Below are positions 44,204 through 63,402 of a stretch of 64,000 bases of DNA, piece after piece. Both the position numbers and the translations under genes were made by a program. Each line of letters begins with the position of its first letter. Position 1 is the first letter of the stretch. The DNA lies in assembly GCF_009914755.1 (NCBI RefSeq), contig NC_060927.1; one strand, written 5' to 3'. Under the pieces are notes generated by a model. The model saw only the letters and a program-made list of their open reading frames with translations. It was not told the origin of the DNA and ran no database searches. This stretch comes from the human T2T-CHM13v2.0 reference genome, Homo sapiens.

Positions 44204-47135
44204 TGGATATCCTTGTTAATTTTCTGTCTCGTTGATCTGTCTAATATTGACATTGGGGTGTTAAAGTCTCCCACTATTATTGTGTGGGACTCTAAGTCTC
44301 TTTGTAGGTCTCTAAGAACTTTCTTTATGAATCTGGGTGCTCCTATATTGGGTGCATATATATTTAGGGTAGTTAGCTCTTCTTGTTGAATTGATCCCTT
44401 TACCATTATGTAATGCCCTTCTTTGTCTTTTTTGATCTTTGTTGGTTTAAAGTCTGTTTTATCAGAGACTAGAATTGCAACCCCTGCTTTTTTTTTTTTT
44501 TTTTTTTTTGCTTTCCATTTGCTTGGTAGATCTTTCTCCATCCCTTTATTTTAACCTTTGTGTTTCTTTGCATGTGAGATGGGTCTCCTGAATACAGCAC
44601 ATTGATGGGTCTTGACTTTTTATCCAATTTGCCAGTCTGTGTCTTTTAATTGGGGCATTTAGCCTGTTTACATTTAAGGTTAATATTGTTATGTGTGAAT
44701 TTGATCCTGCCATTATGATGTAAGCTGGTTATTTTGCCCATTCGTTGATGCAGTTTCTTCATAGCATCGATGGTGTTTACAATTTGGTATGTTTTTGCAG
44801 TGGCTTATACCAGTTGTTCCTTTCCATGTTTAGTGCTTCCTTCAGGAGCTCTTGTAAGGCAGGCTTGGTGGTGACAAAATCTCTCAGCATTTGCTTGTCT
44901 GTAAAGGATTTTATTTCTCCTTCACTTATGAAGCTTAATTTGACTGGGTATGAGATTCTGGTTTGAAAATTCTTTTGTTTAAGAATGTCGAATATTGGCC
45001 CCGATTCTCTTCTAGCTTGTAGGGTTTCTACAGAGCCATCTGCTGTTAGTCTGATGGGCTTCCCTTTGTGGGTAACCTGACCTTTCTCTCTGGCTGTCCT
45101 TAACAATTTTTCCTTCGTTTCCACCTTGGTGAATCTGATGATTATGTGTCTTGGGGTTGCTCTTCTTGAAGAGTATCTTTGTAGTGTTTTCTTTATTTCC
45201 TAAATTTGAATGTTGGCCTGTCTTGCTAGGGTGGGGAAGTTCTCCTGGATAATATCCTGAAGAGAATGGAACTAACTTGGTTCCATTCTCCCAGTCACTT
45301 TCAGGTACACCGATCAAATGCAGGTTTTATCTTTTCACAGAGTCCCATATTTCTTGGAGGCTTTCTTCATTCCTTTTCATTTCTTCTTTTCCTAATCTTG
45401 TCTTCATGCTTTATTTCATGAAGTAGATCTTCAATCTGTGATATCCTTTCTTCCACTTGATCGATTCGGCTCTGATACTTATGTATGCTTCACGAAGTTC
45501 TCATGCTGTGCTTTTCAGCTCCATCAGGTCATTTATGTTCTTCTCTAAACTCGTTATTCTAGTTAGCAGTTCCTCTAATCTTTTTTCAAGGTTCTTAGCT
45601 TCCTTGCTTTGGGTTAGAACATGCTCCTTTAGCTTGGAGGAGTTTGTTATTATCCACCTTCTGAAGCCTACTTCTGTCAATTCATCAAACTCATTTTCTG
45701 TCCTGTTTTATTCCCTTGCTGGCGAGGAGTTGTGATCCTTTGGAAGAGAAGAGGCGTTCTGGTTTTTGGAATTTTCAGCCTTTTTGTGCTGGTTTCTCTT
45801 CATCTTTATGGATTTATCTACCTTTGGTCTTTGAAGTCGGAGACCTTTGGATGGGGTCTCTGAGTGAATGTTCTTTATGCTGATGTTGATACTATTCCTT
45901 TCTGCTTGTTAGTTTTCCTTCTAACAGGTCTCTCTGCTATAGGTCTGCTGGAGTTTGCTGGAGGTCCACTGTAGACCCTGTTTGCCTGGGTATCACCAGC
46001 CGAGGCTGCAGAACAGTAAAGATTTCCGGCTGCTCCTTCCTCTGGAAGCTTTGTCCCAGAGGGGCACCCACCAGATGCCAGCCAGAGCTCTCCTGTATGA
46101 GATGTCTGTCAGCCCCTACTGGGAGGTGTCTCTCCCAATCAGGATACATGGGGGTCAGGGACCCCCCTGCAGAGGCAGTCTGACCCTTAGCAGAGCTCAA
46201 ATGCTGTGCTGGGAGATATGCTGCTCTTTTCAGAGCTGCCAGGCAGGGATGTTTAAGTCTGCTGAAACTGTGCCCACAACTGCCCCTTCCTCCAGGTGCT
46301 CTGTCCCATGGAGGTGGGGATTTTATCTATAAATCCGTGACTGGGGCTTCTGCGTTTTTTTTCAGAGATGTCGTGCCCTGACAAGAAGGAATTTAGAGAG
46401 GCAGTCTGGCCTCAGCACCTTGCTGAGCTGAGGAGGACTCCGCCCAGTTTGAACTTCCCGGGTACTCTGTTTACATTGTGAGGGTAAAACTGCCTACTTA
46501 AGCCTCAGCAATGGCGGACGCTTCTCCCCCCACCAAGCTCTAGCGTTCCAGGTCAAGCTCAGACTGCTGTGTTTGTAGTGAGAATTTCAAGCCAGTCGAT
46601 CTTAGCTTGCTGGGCTCTGTGGGGGTGGTACCCACCAAGCCAGAACTACTTGGCTCCCTGGTTCCAGCCCCATCTCCAGGGGAGTGAACGGTTCTGTCTC
46701 ACTGGCATTCCAGGCGCCACTGGGGTATGAAAAAAAAACTCCTGTGGCTAGCTGGGTGTCTGCACAAATGGCTGCTCAGTTTTGTGCTGGACACCCATGG
46801 CCCTGGTGGCATAGGCATCAGAGGGAATCTCCTGGTCTATGGGTTTCGAAGACCATGGGAAAATTGCAGTATCTGGGCCAGAGTGCACAGTACAGTCCCT
46901 AATGGCTTCCTTTGGCTGGGAGAGGGAATTCCCCGACGCCGTGAGGCTTCCCAGGTGAGGCGATGCCCCACCCTGCTTTGGCTCGCCCTCCTTGGGCTGC
47001 ACCCACTGTCCAACCAGTCCCAGTGAGATGAACTGGGTACCTCAGTTGGAAATGCAGAAGTCACTGCCTTCTGCGTTGATCTCACTGGGAGCTGCAGACT
47101 GGAGCTGTTTTCTATTTGGCCATCTTGCCAGCCAC
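44204..47135 (-). mobile_element. 5' 2.9 kb of an L1PA7-like element (5'UTR, ORF1, EN domain); 3' part missing
   Basis: Starts GTGGCTGGCAAGATGGCC (YY1 site); ORF1 C-terminus in ORF 44777-45124; EN motifs NIYAPN and GDFN in ORF 44134-44541. Confidence 0.9.
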
Positions 47136-49008
47136 TTTGTTCCTGGGGTTTTTATTGTTGTTGTTGTTGTCGTTGTTTTTTAGTTCTTGTAGGTGTGATG
47201 TTAGAGCATTTAACAAAGATCTTCCTAACTTCCTTGAGCACTATAAACTTTCCTCTTAACACTGCTTTTGCTGCATCCCATAGATTTTGGTATGTTATGT
47301 CTGTGTTTTCATTTTTTTTATTTCTGCCTTAATTTTGTTGTTTACACAAAAGTCATTCAGGAGCAGTTTCTTTAATTTCCATGTAATTGTGTGATTTTGG
47401 GAGATCTTCTTGGTATTGATTTCCATTTTTATTCCACTTTTTGCTGAGAATATGGTTGGTGTGATTTCTTTGTCTTTTTTTTTTTTTGCATTTTCTGAGA
47501 CTGGCTCTGTGACTGAGCATAATGATCAATCTTGGAGGATATTTCTTGTGCAGATGAGAAGAATGTGTATTCTGTGGTTAATGGGTGGAGGAGTCTGTAG
47601 ATGTCTATTAGGTCCCATTGGTCCAGTGTCGAATTTAAGTTCAGAATTCTTTTGCTAGTTTTCTCCCTTTATGATCTAATGCTTTCAGTGGGGTGTTGAA
47701 GTCCCCCACTGATATTGTGTCGCTGTCTAAGTCTTTTCATAGGTCTAGAAGTACCTGTCTTACAAATCCCAGTGCTCCAATATTGGGGGCATATATATTT
47801 AGGGTAATTAAGTCTTCTTGTTGAATTGAACCCTTTATTATAATTTAATGCCCTTCTTTGTTTTTTTTCCTTGTTGTTGGTTTAAAGTCTTGTTTATCTA
47901 ATATAAGAATAGCAAACCTTGCTCTTTTTTGTTTTCTATTTGCATGATAGATCTTCAACACTTTACTTTGAGTCTATGAGTGTCATTACATGTGAGATGG
48001 GTCTTTTGAAGACAGCAGACAGATGGGCCTTTTTATTTTTTAATCCAACTTAAAATGCCTTTTAAATATGGCAACAATTTACATTCAAGATTGATATTGA
48101 TGTGTGAGGTTCTGATCCTATTGTGAAGTTTTTGGGTGGTTACTTTGTAGTTTCTTTCCTGTCGTTGCTTTGTAGAGTCTGGGCTATGCATAATACCTAA
48201 GTCTGTTTTTGTGGTAACAGGTATTATTCTTTCATTTCCACATTTAGAACTCTCTTGAGAGTACTTGTAAGGTTGGTCTAGTGCTAGCGAATTCCCTTAA
48301 TGACTGCTTGTCTAAAAATGATTTTATTTTTCCTTTGCTTATTAAGCTAGGTTTGGCAGGATATGACATTCTTGGTTGGAATTTCTTTTCTTTAGGAATG
48401 CTGTAAATAGGCCTCCTGTTTCTTCTGGCTTGTAAGGTTTCTGCCAGGAAGTTTGATATTAGCCTGATAGGGTTCCCTTTGTACATGACCTGACCTTTTC
48501 CTCAGCTGCCTTTAAGATTTTTTTCTTTAGCGTTGACTTTGGATAGTCTGATGACTATAAACCTTCATGATGTTCATTTTGTATGGTATCTCTCAGGTGT
48601 TCTTTCAATTTTTTTATATGTGAATGTTTACCTTTCTAGGAAGATTAGGGAAATTTTCTTTGGTTATTCTCTGAAATATGTTTTCCAGGTTGTTTACCTT
48701 TTCTCTTTTTCTCTAGAAAAAGCCAATAACTCATAGGTTTGGTTGCTTTACATAATCCTGTACCTCTTGAAGACTTTGTTCATTTTTAAAAATTCTTTTT
48801 AAATGTTCTGTCTGACTGGGTTAGTTCACAAGACCAGCCTTCAAGTTTTGAAATTCATTTTTCTGCTTGATCTAGTCTATTGATAAAGCTTTTCATTGTA
48901 TTTTGAAATTCCTTGAGTTTTTCTGTGTCAGAAGCTCTGATTAATTTCTTTTTATGTTGTTCATCTCTTCCTTCATTTCCTCGGTTGCTTTATAAGTTTC
49001 TTTGTCTT

Positions 49009-49324
<316 letters not shown>

Positions 49325-51010
49325 TCAACTTCATCTTGGATTTCATTTAGCTTCCTTGCAATCCATGCTTTGAATTTTTTGTCTGTAATTTCTGACTTTC
49401 TATTTTGATTATCGACCATTGCTGGGGAGCTAGTGTGATCCTCTGTCAATATTGCAACATTCAGATTTCTCATACCAGGATTCTTCTTCTGGTTCCTTCT
49501 CATCTGGAGACACTGGTACTTCTAATTTTTGTAATTATTTTTGTGTGGATAGGATTTTTTTTCTTTCTCTCTTTCCTTATCATATTATTGAGTTTTTTTC
49601 CCCCTTTCCCCCTACTCCCTAAGGATTGTGATTATAGAGAATGTTGGGTAGAGTCTTTTGGCTTTGCTTCTATAGCCCTATGCACCCCTGTCAGCACGTT
49701 TTTATATTGGGCTGTATTTTTGACCTACAGGTTAGTAGATGGTGCTTATGGGTAAAAATGAAATGAGGCCAATGTGGATGGGTATATACCTCATCCTTGT
49801 TTATTAGGTGAAGCTCTCTGTTGCCTCAGGCAGTAGGCTGATCCATTCAGTAGACAGTGGTGTGAGCTCCTTGCTCAGCACCATAGTGGGACACCAAGAT
49901 GGGTAAGGCTGAATGAGGCAGGGCCATGTGCAAGTTACCCAATGGCAGGCACAAAGACCAGCACCAAGGAGGGGGTCCGGTGAGCAGCCACCAAATGCCC
50001 TAATCTGGCAATTTTTTATTTCAATTGGTAACAAATATGATTTTCTAAAATTTTGAAGCATTATTTATGCTTTAAATAATGCTTACATGAGAAAATGCTT
50101 AAATGGAAAATTAGAAAATATAACAAGGTTTAAATTCCTTAATACATAGGTAGCTCTTAAATATCAATAAGAAAAATGTACAAATTCTTATAATTGTAAT
50201 TGTAATTCTCTAACAAGAGATTTACAACTTCTTGACTTTATTACAAAAATAAAATTAGATAAATATACAGTAAGGTCCAAAGACAATCATTATAGCATTT
50301 TCTATGATAGTGAAATATTTGAATCAATCTGAAGATCTGTAAATAGAGCATTAGTTAAATATATTTGGGAATAGGTGTATAAATGAAATAATATGCAGCC
50401 TTATGCAAACCTAGATTTATTTTGGGGTATGCAGTTACTCAGGCTTCTAGTAAGTTTGTTTATAATTCCACAGTTTGGAAGCTCTGAGTCCCAGGGTTAA
50501 CAAGCCAAGGGAACATGGGCCGTGAATAGTCAAGTATAAGGAATTCCTAGCCCTAAGGAATCTGCCTTATACCACTGGGAGGAAGATTGTAATTAAATGC
50601 TTGTCAGTTGATGTGTTGCCAGTCACCAAAAAGTTTACTAAATTATAATGTTATTCCTTGAACTTGACTGACATGGTTTTCTTGGCCTCACAGTTTCATT
50701 GACTAAGCCAAGGTAACCTTGTTCAGTAGATTGGCCCTCTTGCCTAAGGATATTAGTAATTTAAATTGAATAAGTGGTAAAATTGTGGACAATTACATTC
50801 TGAGGTTGTCTCTTGGTTGACACGTGGGCTGGTAAAACCACTTTAAAGGCATACATCTCTTTAGCAGTGCTTGCATGCATGCCAGGGAAAAGAAAACTGC
50901 ACATTAGGATGGATGAATGTTGGCATACTTTCAAACTCAAGCTATTCATAATTTAGGAATTAATGTGTATACTGTTGCTTGGCATCTTTCAGAAATGTTC
51001 AAAGCTTCAC

Positions 51011-51319
<309 letters not shown>

Positions 51320-52875
51320 AAAGCTTCACTTTTTAAGAACCAGTATCAGTGTGTTTGTATAAATTATTGTATGACTAGCAGATCCTATTAAGTTAGTAGA
51401 TTACCAACAGAAAAAAAAAAGAAAACTGAAAGATTATCTTTGAAGTAATGTAATAGAGTTTTGCAAATAAGATGGTGGGGAAATCTCCCTTCAATCCAGT
51501 ATGATTTCTTTGTTGTCAGTGTATACATTTTTCTCTAAAGACATTACAAATATTAAATATAAATATAAATATATTCAATTATTTGGAAATATTGTGTGAA
51601 AAATCTGGCTTTGACGTCTTAGGATTCTATTTCCCTAATTTTAATGCCACAACCTGTAGAATCAATAGATCACAAGGGAAATAAATCTGGGCATTCATCC
51701 ATCAATGTAAACCATTTCAGTATAATTTATTAAGAAATAGTTCTCAGACATGATCAACAAATGGTGCAGAGATTTCAGCTCTCCAAGATAAAAGAGTGAG
51801 ACTTTGATTACAGAAAGTCAGAAACAGAAAGAAAAGTAGAAATTTAGAATAAAAAATCAGGCTATGGAAACTAAGAAACAGAGGTAAGTATGCCATATAT
51901 ATTTGCAGCTAGATCTTTTTTTTCTCTTGCTAAGTGGTAGGAAGAGAGTGACCAAGGGTGTGTGCAGGATGGTGAAAGGATCCACCAGGGCAAATAGAGT
52001 GAGCAGAAAATACATCTTACAGGGGGACCTTACCTTTAAGAACTCAGGCAAACTACTTATTCAAGTTTCAGTAGCATGTTACCTAGTATATCTTGTGTGT
52101 CTCTCATATTCTCATATGAAGAAAGCTGGTATTTGGGAGCTAGCCAGAAAACGGAATTATTTATTTTTTCCTTTCATTTCTTAGCTTTTCCAGGTTTTCT
52201 GGAATTTTAATTAAGATTCCAGACATCTCAGCCATAATTTTCAGACAGCTTTTGTTAACAATATCAATCTGTATGTTTAGTTCAGTGTAATCAAACCTGT
52301 TTCTTTAAAAAAAATGCCTGTTTATACTCAGTGCTTATGTTCTGAGTATAGACGTGATCAATAATCATGATAAAATATTTTAATTGTGAATGTCACTGGC
52401 TCCACTGAATAATAGAAAAGTTATCTAATTGTCTAATAATAGAAAAGTTACCTAATTGTTGTAATTATTCCCGAAAAGGTTCTCCCACACCCCCATCTTC
52501 CCTGATGTTTTTATTCCATTGAATTCTCCAGAATGCATGCTAGTTATTTCTGTTTTAAATCTTGATTTGGTAATTTTTTGGTATTGTATATAGATTCTAA
52601 CTAGCAAAGTATATAGCATTTTGTGACTTTTACATTGATCTTTTATCTTTAGTTTATTTTCATAATTTTATGTAAAAATCATTTAAAAAACAATTATCTA
52701 TATGTGCTTAAATATTTTAAGTGGACAATTGATGTATAGAACAAAACAGATGGCATATTTTTCCAGGGAAAGTTGTGTGCCTTGTATGTTTTTAATTCTG
52801 TAAGGTCCAACAGGCTAAAATCATCAAAATTACACTTAAATAATAAAAATTACAGTCAAATATAGATGCATTTTT

Positions 52876-55552
<2,677 letters not shown>

Positions 55553-56531
55553 TTAAAGGTGTGATTGATTGCAATTTCAGGTAAAGACCAAATGTTATTT
55601 TTTAAAAATTTCCTCTATGAAGGGCTTTATAATATGCTTATTTGAAGTATTATTCAACTGTGGTCAAAACAAGAAAAATATAAATCAGGCTTTATTTAAG
55701 TGTATGACACTGCAGCAGCAATGAACAGAATTCTAGAAATGTGACAATTGACAAATTGTTGTCACAGAGTTCCAGGGATATCTGTGAGCAGGCAAGTTAT
55801 GGGCAGAATTAAAAACATGCAGTGGATGTTTCTGTACAATTGTATTGCTGAATATTGCAGAGTCAAATACATTTCCTAGTATACTTTTACTTTGTTATTC
55901 TCCTCTCTTCAATATACAAAATCATTTGAATGCAGTGAAGATGCTATAAGAAAGCCTTTAAATGAGATATTGCTATAACAGTGTCTAAAGGTGAAAGGAA
56001 TTTGAATTCTCTCATTCTTTTTATATGTTTAATGATGCTAAAGTTAACCAGGGAAAGAACTGTGCATCTTGACCTTCCTCAAGCTAAGTTTATCCTGAAT
56101 CTCTGTGATGGCTCATAATTTCTCAAAAGCTCCCACAATCTATATGGCTCTAATTTTAGTGGAAAATTCCCAAATCTTAGAACAATTTCATTTAAACAAT
56201 CTTTCAACTATTTATTATACTGGCCATCACTATATATCTTAAGATCTTACATGGAAATGTTATTTTCAGAATAATCACCTTGGAAGATTCTATATTCATG
56301 TTAGTGTTGCAAAAATAATTTTTGGATTTGTGTGTATGTGTGTGTGTGTAATTATCTTTTGTATAGATTCAGGAATGGAAAATTTTTATTCTGAGGATAG
56401 ATCCTTTTGTTCCTTCCTTTTTATGCATAAATTTTCCTCTGACATGAATTTTAAATGTCTGCAGAATATTCTGTTGTATAGTCATGGCCGTATTTAGGCA
56501 GTTTATAATTTTCTGATAAACATCCTAGTTT

Positions 56532-57504
56532 TGATAGCAACAGGAGGCAGATAAATTCTAGTCAGACAGGGGCAGGTCCCTGGCAAGACCCTACCTTCGA
56601 GCCAAAAAGTCTGAAACCTGTGGCCCAAAGTGAGAACTTCCATTCCTGTGTGCCTGCTGTCTCCTGATTTGTTCTTTCTGAATAATATATTTTTTTTTTT
56701 TACCAATGGAATGTTGCCTTTTCCAAAAATTCCTATGTCCTGCCCCACCCACATCCTGTGCCTATAAAGACCCCAAACGCAGCAGGCAGAGAGGAGAAGT
56801 GGCTGGATGTTGGGGAGAAGCAGCTAGACGTTGGGGAGAGGTGACTTTGGCTTCAGAGATGGTGGCTGGATGAGGCAACTTGACTTCAGAAGAGAAAGGC
56901 AGAGAGGCAGCTTGACTTTAGGGGAGAGCAACCTTTCCTTTCTGTCTCCTTTCCAGCTCTCCTCTCCACTGACAGCTGCTTTACTCACTCAAAATTCTCC
57001 ACATTCACCGTCTTTCAATTCATCCGCGTGACTTCATTCCTCTTTGGCACTGGACAAGAATTCAGGACACACCAGGTATGGGTACCTGCTGGCCCTTTGC
57101 CCTTACTGCCAGAGGGCAGCCGCCTCACACAACAAAGGAAAGGGCTCACTGAACTGATAACACACTGTTGTCTGCAGACAGCTGAGCTAGGAGAGCATTG
57201 TAACATGCCCTCTGGGGCTTTGGGGTCGCAGGCACCCCCACATAGATGCTGCTGTGGGAACTCCATGGAGTTCGCTCCTTTGCTAAAGCAGCTGGGTCCT
57301 GCACTCGCTCACGTGTGTGCTTCTTCCTGCAAGGGGTGGAGCACAGCAGACCCAAGTGAGTGGAGTTTGCTCCTACCAACACCAAAGTGGCTGGCCAGTT
57401 CCTGCACTCATTCGCTTACATGGTCCCTCCTGCGAGGGAGCCTGAGTAAATGAGGCACCCCTGTTGCAAGTCCCATGAAGGGGTCAAGAAAATATCCTGC
57501 ATCA
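56532..57504 (+). mobile_element. Solo ERV1 LTR (LTR28/LTR27/LTR1 group)
   Basis: TGATAGCAACAGGAGGCAG...CCTGCATCA ends; CCAAT at 56703 and TATAAA at 56763; 4-bp TSD gttt/gtct. Confidence 0.75.
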
Positions 57505-57848
57505 GTCTGATGATTATTGACCACTTCTCTGTATCTTATGATAGAATTCTAAAAGTGAGATTATTGATCAAAAGGCTATGAAAAAATATGAAGTTTCCAG
57601 ACATTGCTTTAGAGTATTTTAATAAGGACCTAGTTCAATTTGAATCACAAAAACTGTTCGGATTCCACCAGATAGAGGTGGGCAGGTATTGGAAGATTAA
57701 AATATTTTTCCACTTCCACTTAGAGATTAGGTGAGGTTGTAGCCATTCACTTATCTATTAAACAGAGTCATTGTTTATGCTTCCTTGTTATCATAGAATC
57801 ACTATTTTTCTCCTAGTTGATGTGTATGATTTACCTAATTTGTTCTTC

Positions 57849-60959
<3,111 letters not shown>

Positions 60960-61064
60960 AAAATATGGAACACTTCATGAATTTGTGTATCTTCCTTGTG
61001 CAGGGGCCGTGGTAATCTTCTCTGTATTGTTACAATTTTAGTATATGTGCTGCTGAGCGAGCAC
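60960..61064 (-). pseudogene. Full-length U6 snRNA retro-pseudogene (RNU6 family)
   Basis: Minus strand reads GTGCTCGCTCAGCAGCACATATACTAAAATTG...ACAGAGAAGATT...TTCCATATTTT; about a dozen differences from U6, many at CpG; TSD immediately upstream instead of a PSE/TATA promoter. Confidence 0.95.
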
Positions 61065-61124
61065 CTTATTTGTTCTTCTTATCATAGAGGATCCAACATA
61101 TACCTTTGTGATATTATCAGTATG

Positions 61125-61400
61125 TAAATGATAGCTGAAGCCACATATATATAAATGACATGATCTGGAAGAATGTGTGGTGGAGAAAGAAAGAGTTGAA
61201 AATGGAACCCTGGAGAATAACAACGTTTAACGTTCAGGCCTTTAAAGAAGTCTTTTTCCTGCAGATTGGGAAAGAGTAGCTAACCAAGTGAGAGATAACT
61301 CCAGGAAAATACAACATTTCAACTGTGATGGAGATATCAGGGATGTCAAATGCATCAGAAAGGTCTAGGAAGATAAGAATGGAAAAGTGCTATGTTTATC
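61125..61400 (-). mobile_element. L2 fragment
   Basis: gaaccctggagaataacaacgttta, tgtcaaatgcatcagaaaggtctaggaagataagaatggaaaagtg. Confidence 0.55.
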
Positions 61401-61422
61401 AACACAATTGTTCTATTCCTTT

Positions 61423-62225
61423 TGAAAGGTGAAGCCGGCTGGGCTTCTGGGTTGGGTGGGGACTTGGAGAACTTTTGTGTCTAGCTAAAGGATTGTAAAT
61501 GCACCAACCAGCACTCTGTGTCTAGCTAAAGGATTGTAAACGCACCAACAGCACTCTGTAAAATGCACCAATCAGCAGTCTGTAAAATGGACCAATCAGC
61601 AGTCTGTAATATGGACCAATCAGGGCTCTGTAAAATGGACCAATCAGCAGGATGTGGGCGGGACCAAATAAGGGAATAAAAGCTGGCCCCCTGAGCCAGC
61701 AGCGGCAACCTGCTCAGGTCCCATTCCATGCTGTGGAAGCTTTGTTGTTTCGCTCTTCACAATAAATCTTGCTGCTGCTCACTCTGCGTCCGCACTACCT
61801 TTAACAGCTGTAACACTCACTGCGAAGGTCTGCGGCTTCACTCCTGAAGTCAGCGAGACCACAAACCCACCGGGAGGAACAAACAACTCTGGACGCACCA
61901 GCTTTAAGAGCTCACTGTGAAGGTCTGCGGCTTCACTCCTGAAGTCAGCAAGACCACGAACCTACTGGGAGGAACAAACAACTCTGGACGTGCCACCTTT
62001 AAGAGCTGTAACATTAACTGCGAAGGTCTGTGGCTTCACTCCTGAAGTCAGCGAAACCATGAACCCACCAGAAGGAAGAAACTCTGGACAGATCTGAACA
62101 TTTGAAGGAACAAACTCCGGACACACCATCTTTAAGAACTGTAACACTCACCACGAGAGTCCGCGGCTTCAATCTTGAAGTCAGCGAGGCCAAGAAACCA
62201 CTGGAAGGAGCCAATTCTGGACACA
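61423..62225 (+). mobile_element. LTR12-family 5' LTR of HERV9
   Basis: TGAAAGGTGAAGCC start; tandem CCAATCAG U3 repeats; AATAAA at 61761; repeated U5 units (ggcttcactcctgaagtcagc); ends ggacaca. Confidence 0.92.
61480..61690 (+). promoter_or_regulatory. LTR12 U3 promoter: clustered CCAAT (NF-Y) boxes and AATAAAA TATA-like box
   Basis: Four intact CCAATCAG between about 61567 and 61647, two degenerate copies upstream, GGAATAAAAG near 61673. Confidence 0.7.
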
Positions 62226-62228
62226 TTT

Positions 62229-62246
62229 TGGCAACCACGAAGGGAC
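62229..62246 (+). other. Retroviral primer-binding site (tRNA-Arg type)
   Basis: TGGCAACCACGAAGGGAC 3 nt after the LTR end; one change from the recalled HERV9 PBS. Confidence 0.8.
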
Positions 62247-63402
62247 TGTCACCTATAGCCAAGCGGTGAGTACCATCAGACCCCTTTTGCTTGCTATTCT
62301 GTCCTATTTTTCCTTGGAATTTGGTGGCTAAATATCGGGCACCTGATGGCCAGTTAAATATGAGTAGCACAGCTGCTGGACTAAAGACACGGGTGTCAGG
62401 CTTTCTGGGAAAGGGTGCTCTAACAACCCCGACTCTTCGGAATTGGGAGCATTGGTTTGCTTGGAATCAGCTTCCGCTTTTCCTGTACTTCTGGGCTGAG
62501 CCGAGGGTCGGCAGAGAGGAAAGCCATTCAGCTCCAGGGTCCTGACAAGTTGTTGGTTGACCCTGCAGCCATGAGCGGAACTCTCAAAGTTACGTCGCCC
62601 AAGCGAGACTCACCCATGTGTCCTATCTATCCTGACCCTTGCCTCTTGGGTCCTAATGCTTGTCAGACAAACTTCCTCTGGCCTCTCTTCTCTGAGGCTA
62701 GTCCCACTTCTAAAAACCACTCCCTGTCTCTGGTGCTTTTCTAGTTTCTCCTATAAGAATGATTTCTAGTATAAACTCCAGGACTCTATTCCCTTCTTTA
62801 GGCACCCGGGCTCACCAATCAGAAAGACATAATTTTTCTCCAAAGCCCTGTTGTAGGGGGACTATCTGGAATTTTAGGATCCCTCCTCATACAAGCAGGC
62901 CTAACAAAAGCTATTCCTGAAGCTAGGATATGGGGAGCCTCAGAAATTTTATCCTTCCTATTCATATAAGTGATGACAAAAGGCATCACTCTTCCAACTC
63001 TGGAGATCCCGTCCTTCCCTCAGGGTATGGCCCTCCACTTCATTTTTGGGGCATACCATCTTTATAAGATAGGGGCAGAGTCCCAATACTAACAAGAGAA
63101 TGCTTAGGATTCTAACAGGTTTTTGAGAATGCATCAGTAAGGGCCACTAAATCCGATTTTTCTTGGTCCTCTTTGTGATCTAGGAGGACAGGCAAGGGTG
63201 CAGGTTCTCAAGAATGCGTCGGTAAGGGCCACTAAATCCGACATTCCTTGGTCCTCCTTGTGGTCTGGGAAGAAAACTAGTGTTTCTGCTACTGCATCAG
63301 TGAGCACAACTATTCAGATCAGCAGGGTCCAGGGACTGTTACGGGTTCTTGGGCAGGGGGAGAAACAAACAAACCAAAACTGTGGGAGGTTTTGTCTTTC
63401 AG

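Noticed and set aside
46511-46543. L1 antisense ORF0
   Set aside because: The ATG is present but the frame stops after 10 codons (MADASPPTKL*).
60960-61064. Functional U6 gene
   Set aside because: No external Pol III promoter, the AGC triad is mutated, CpGs have decayed, and it is fused to L1.
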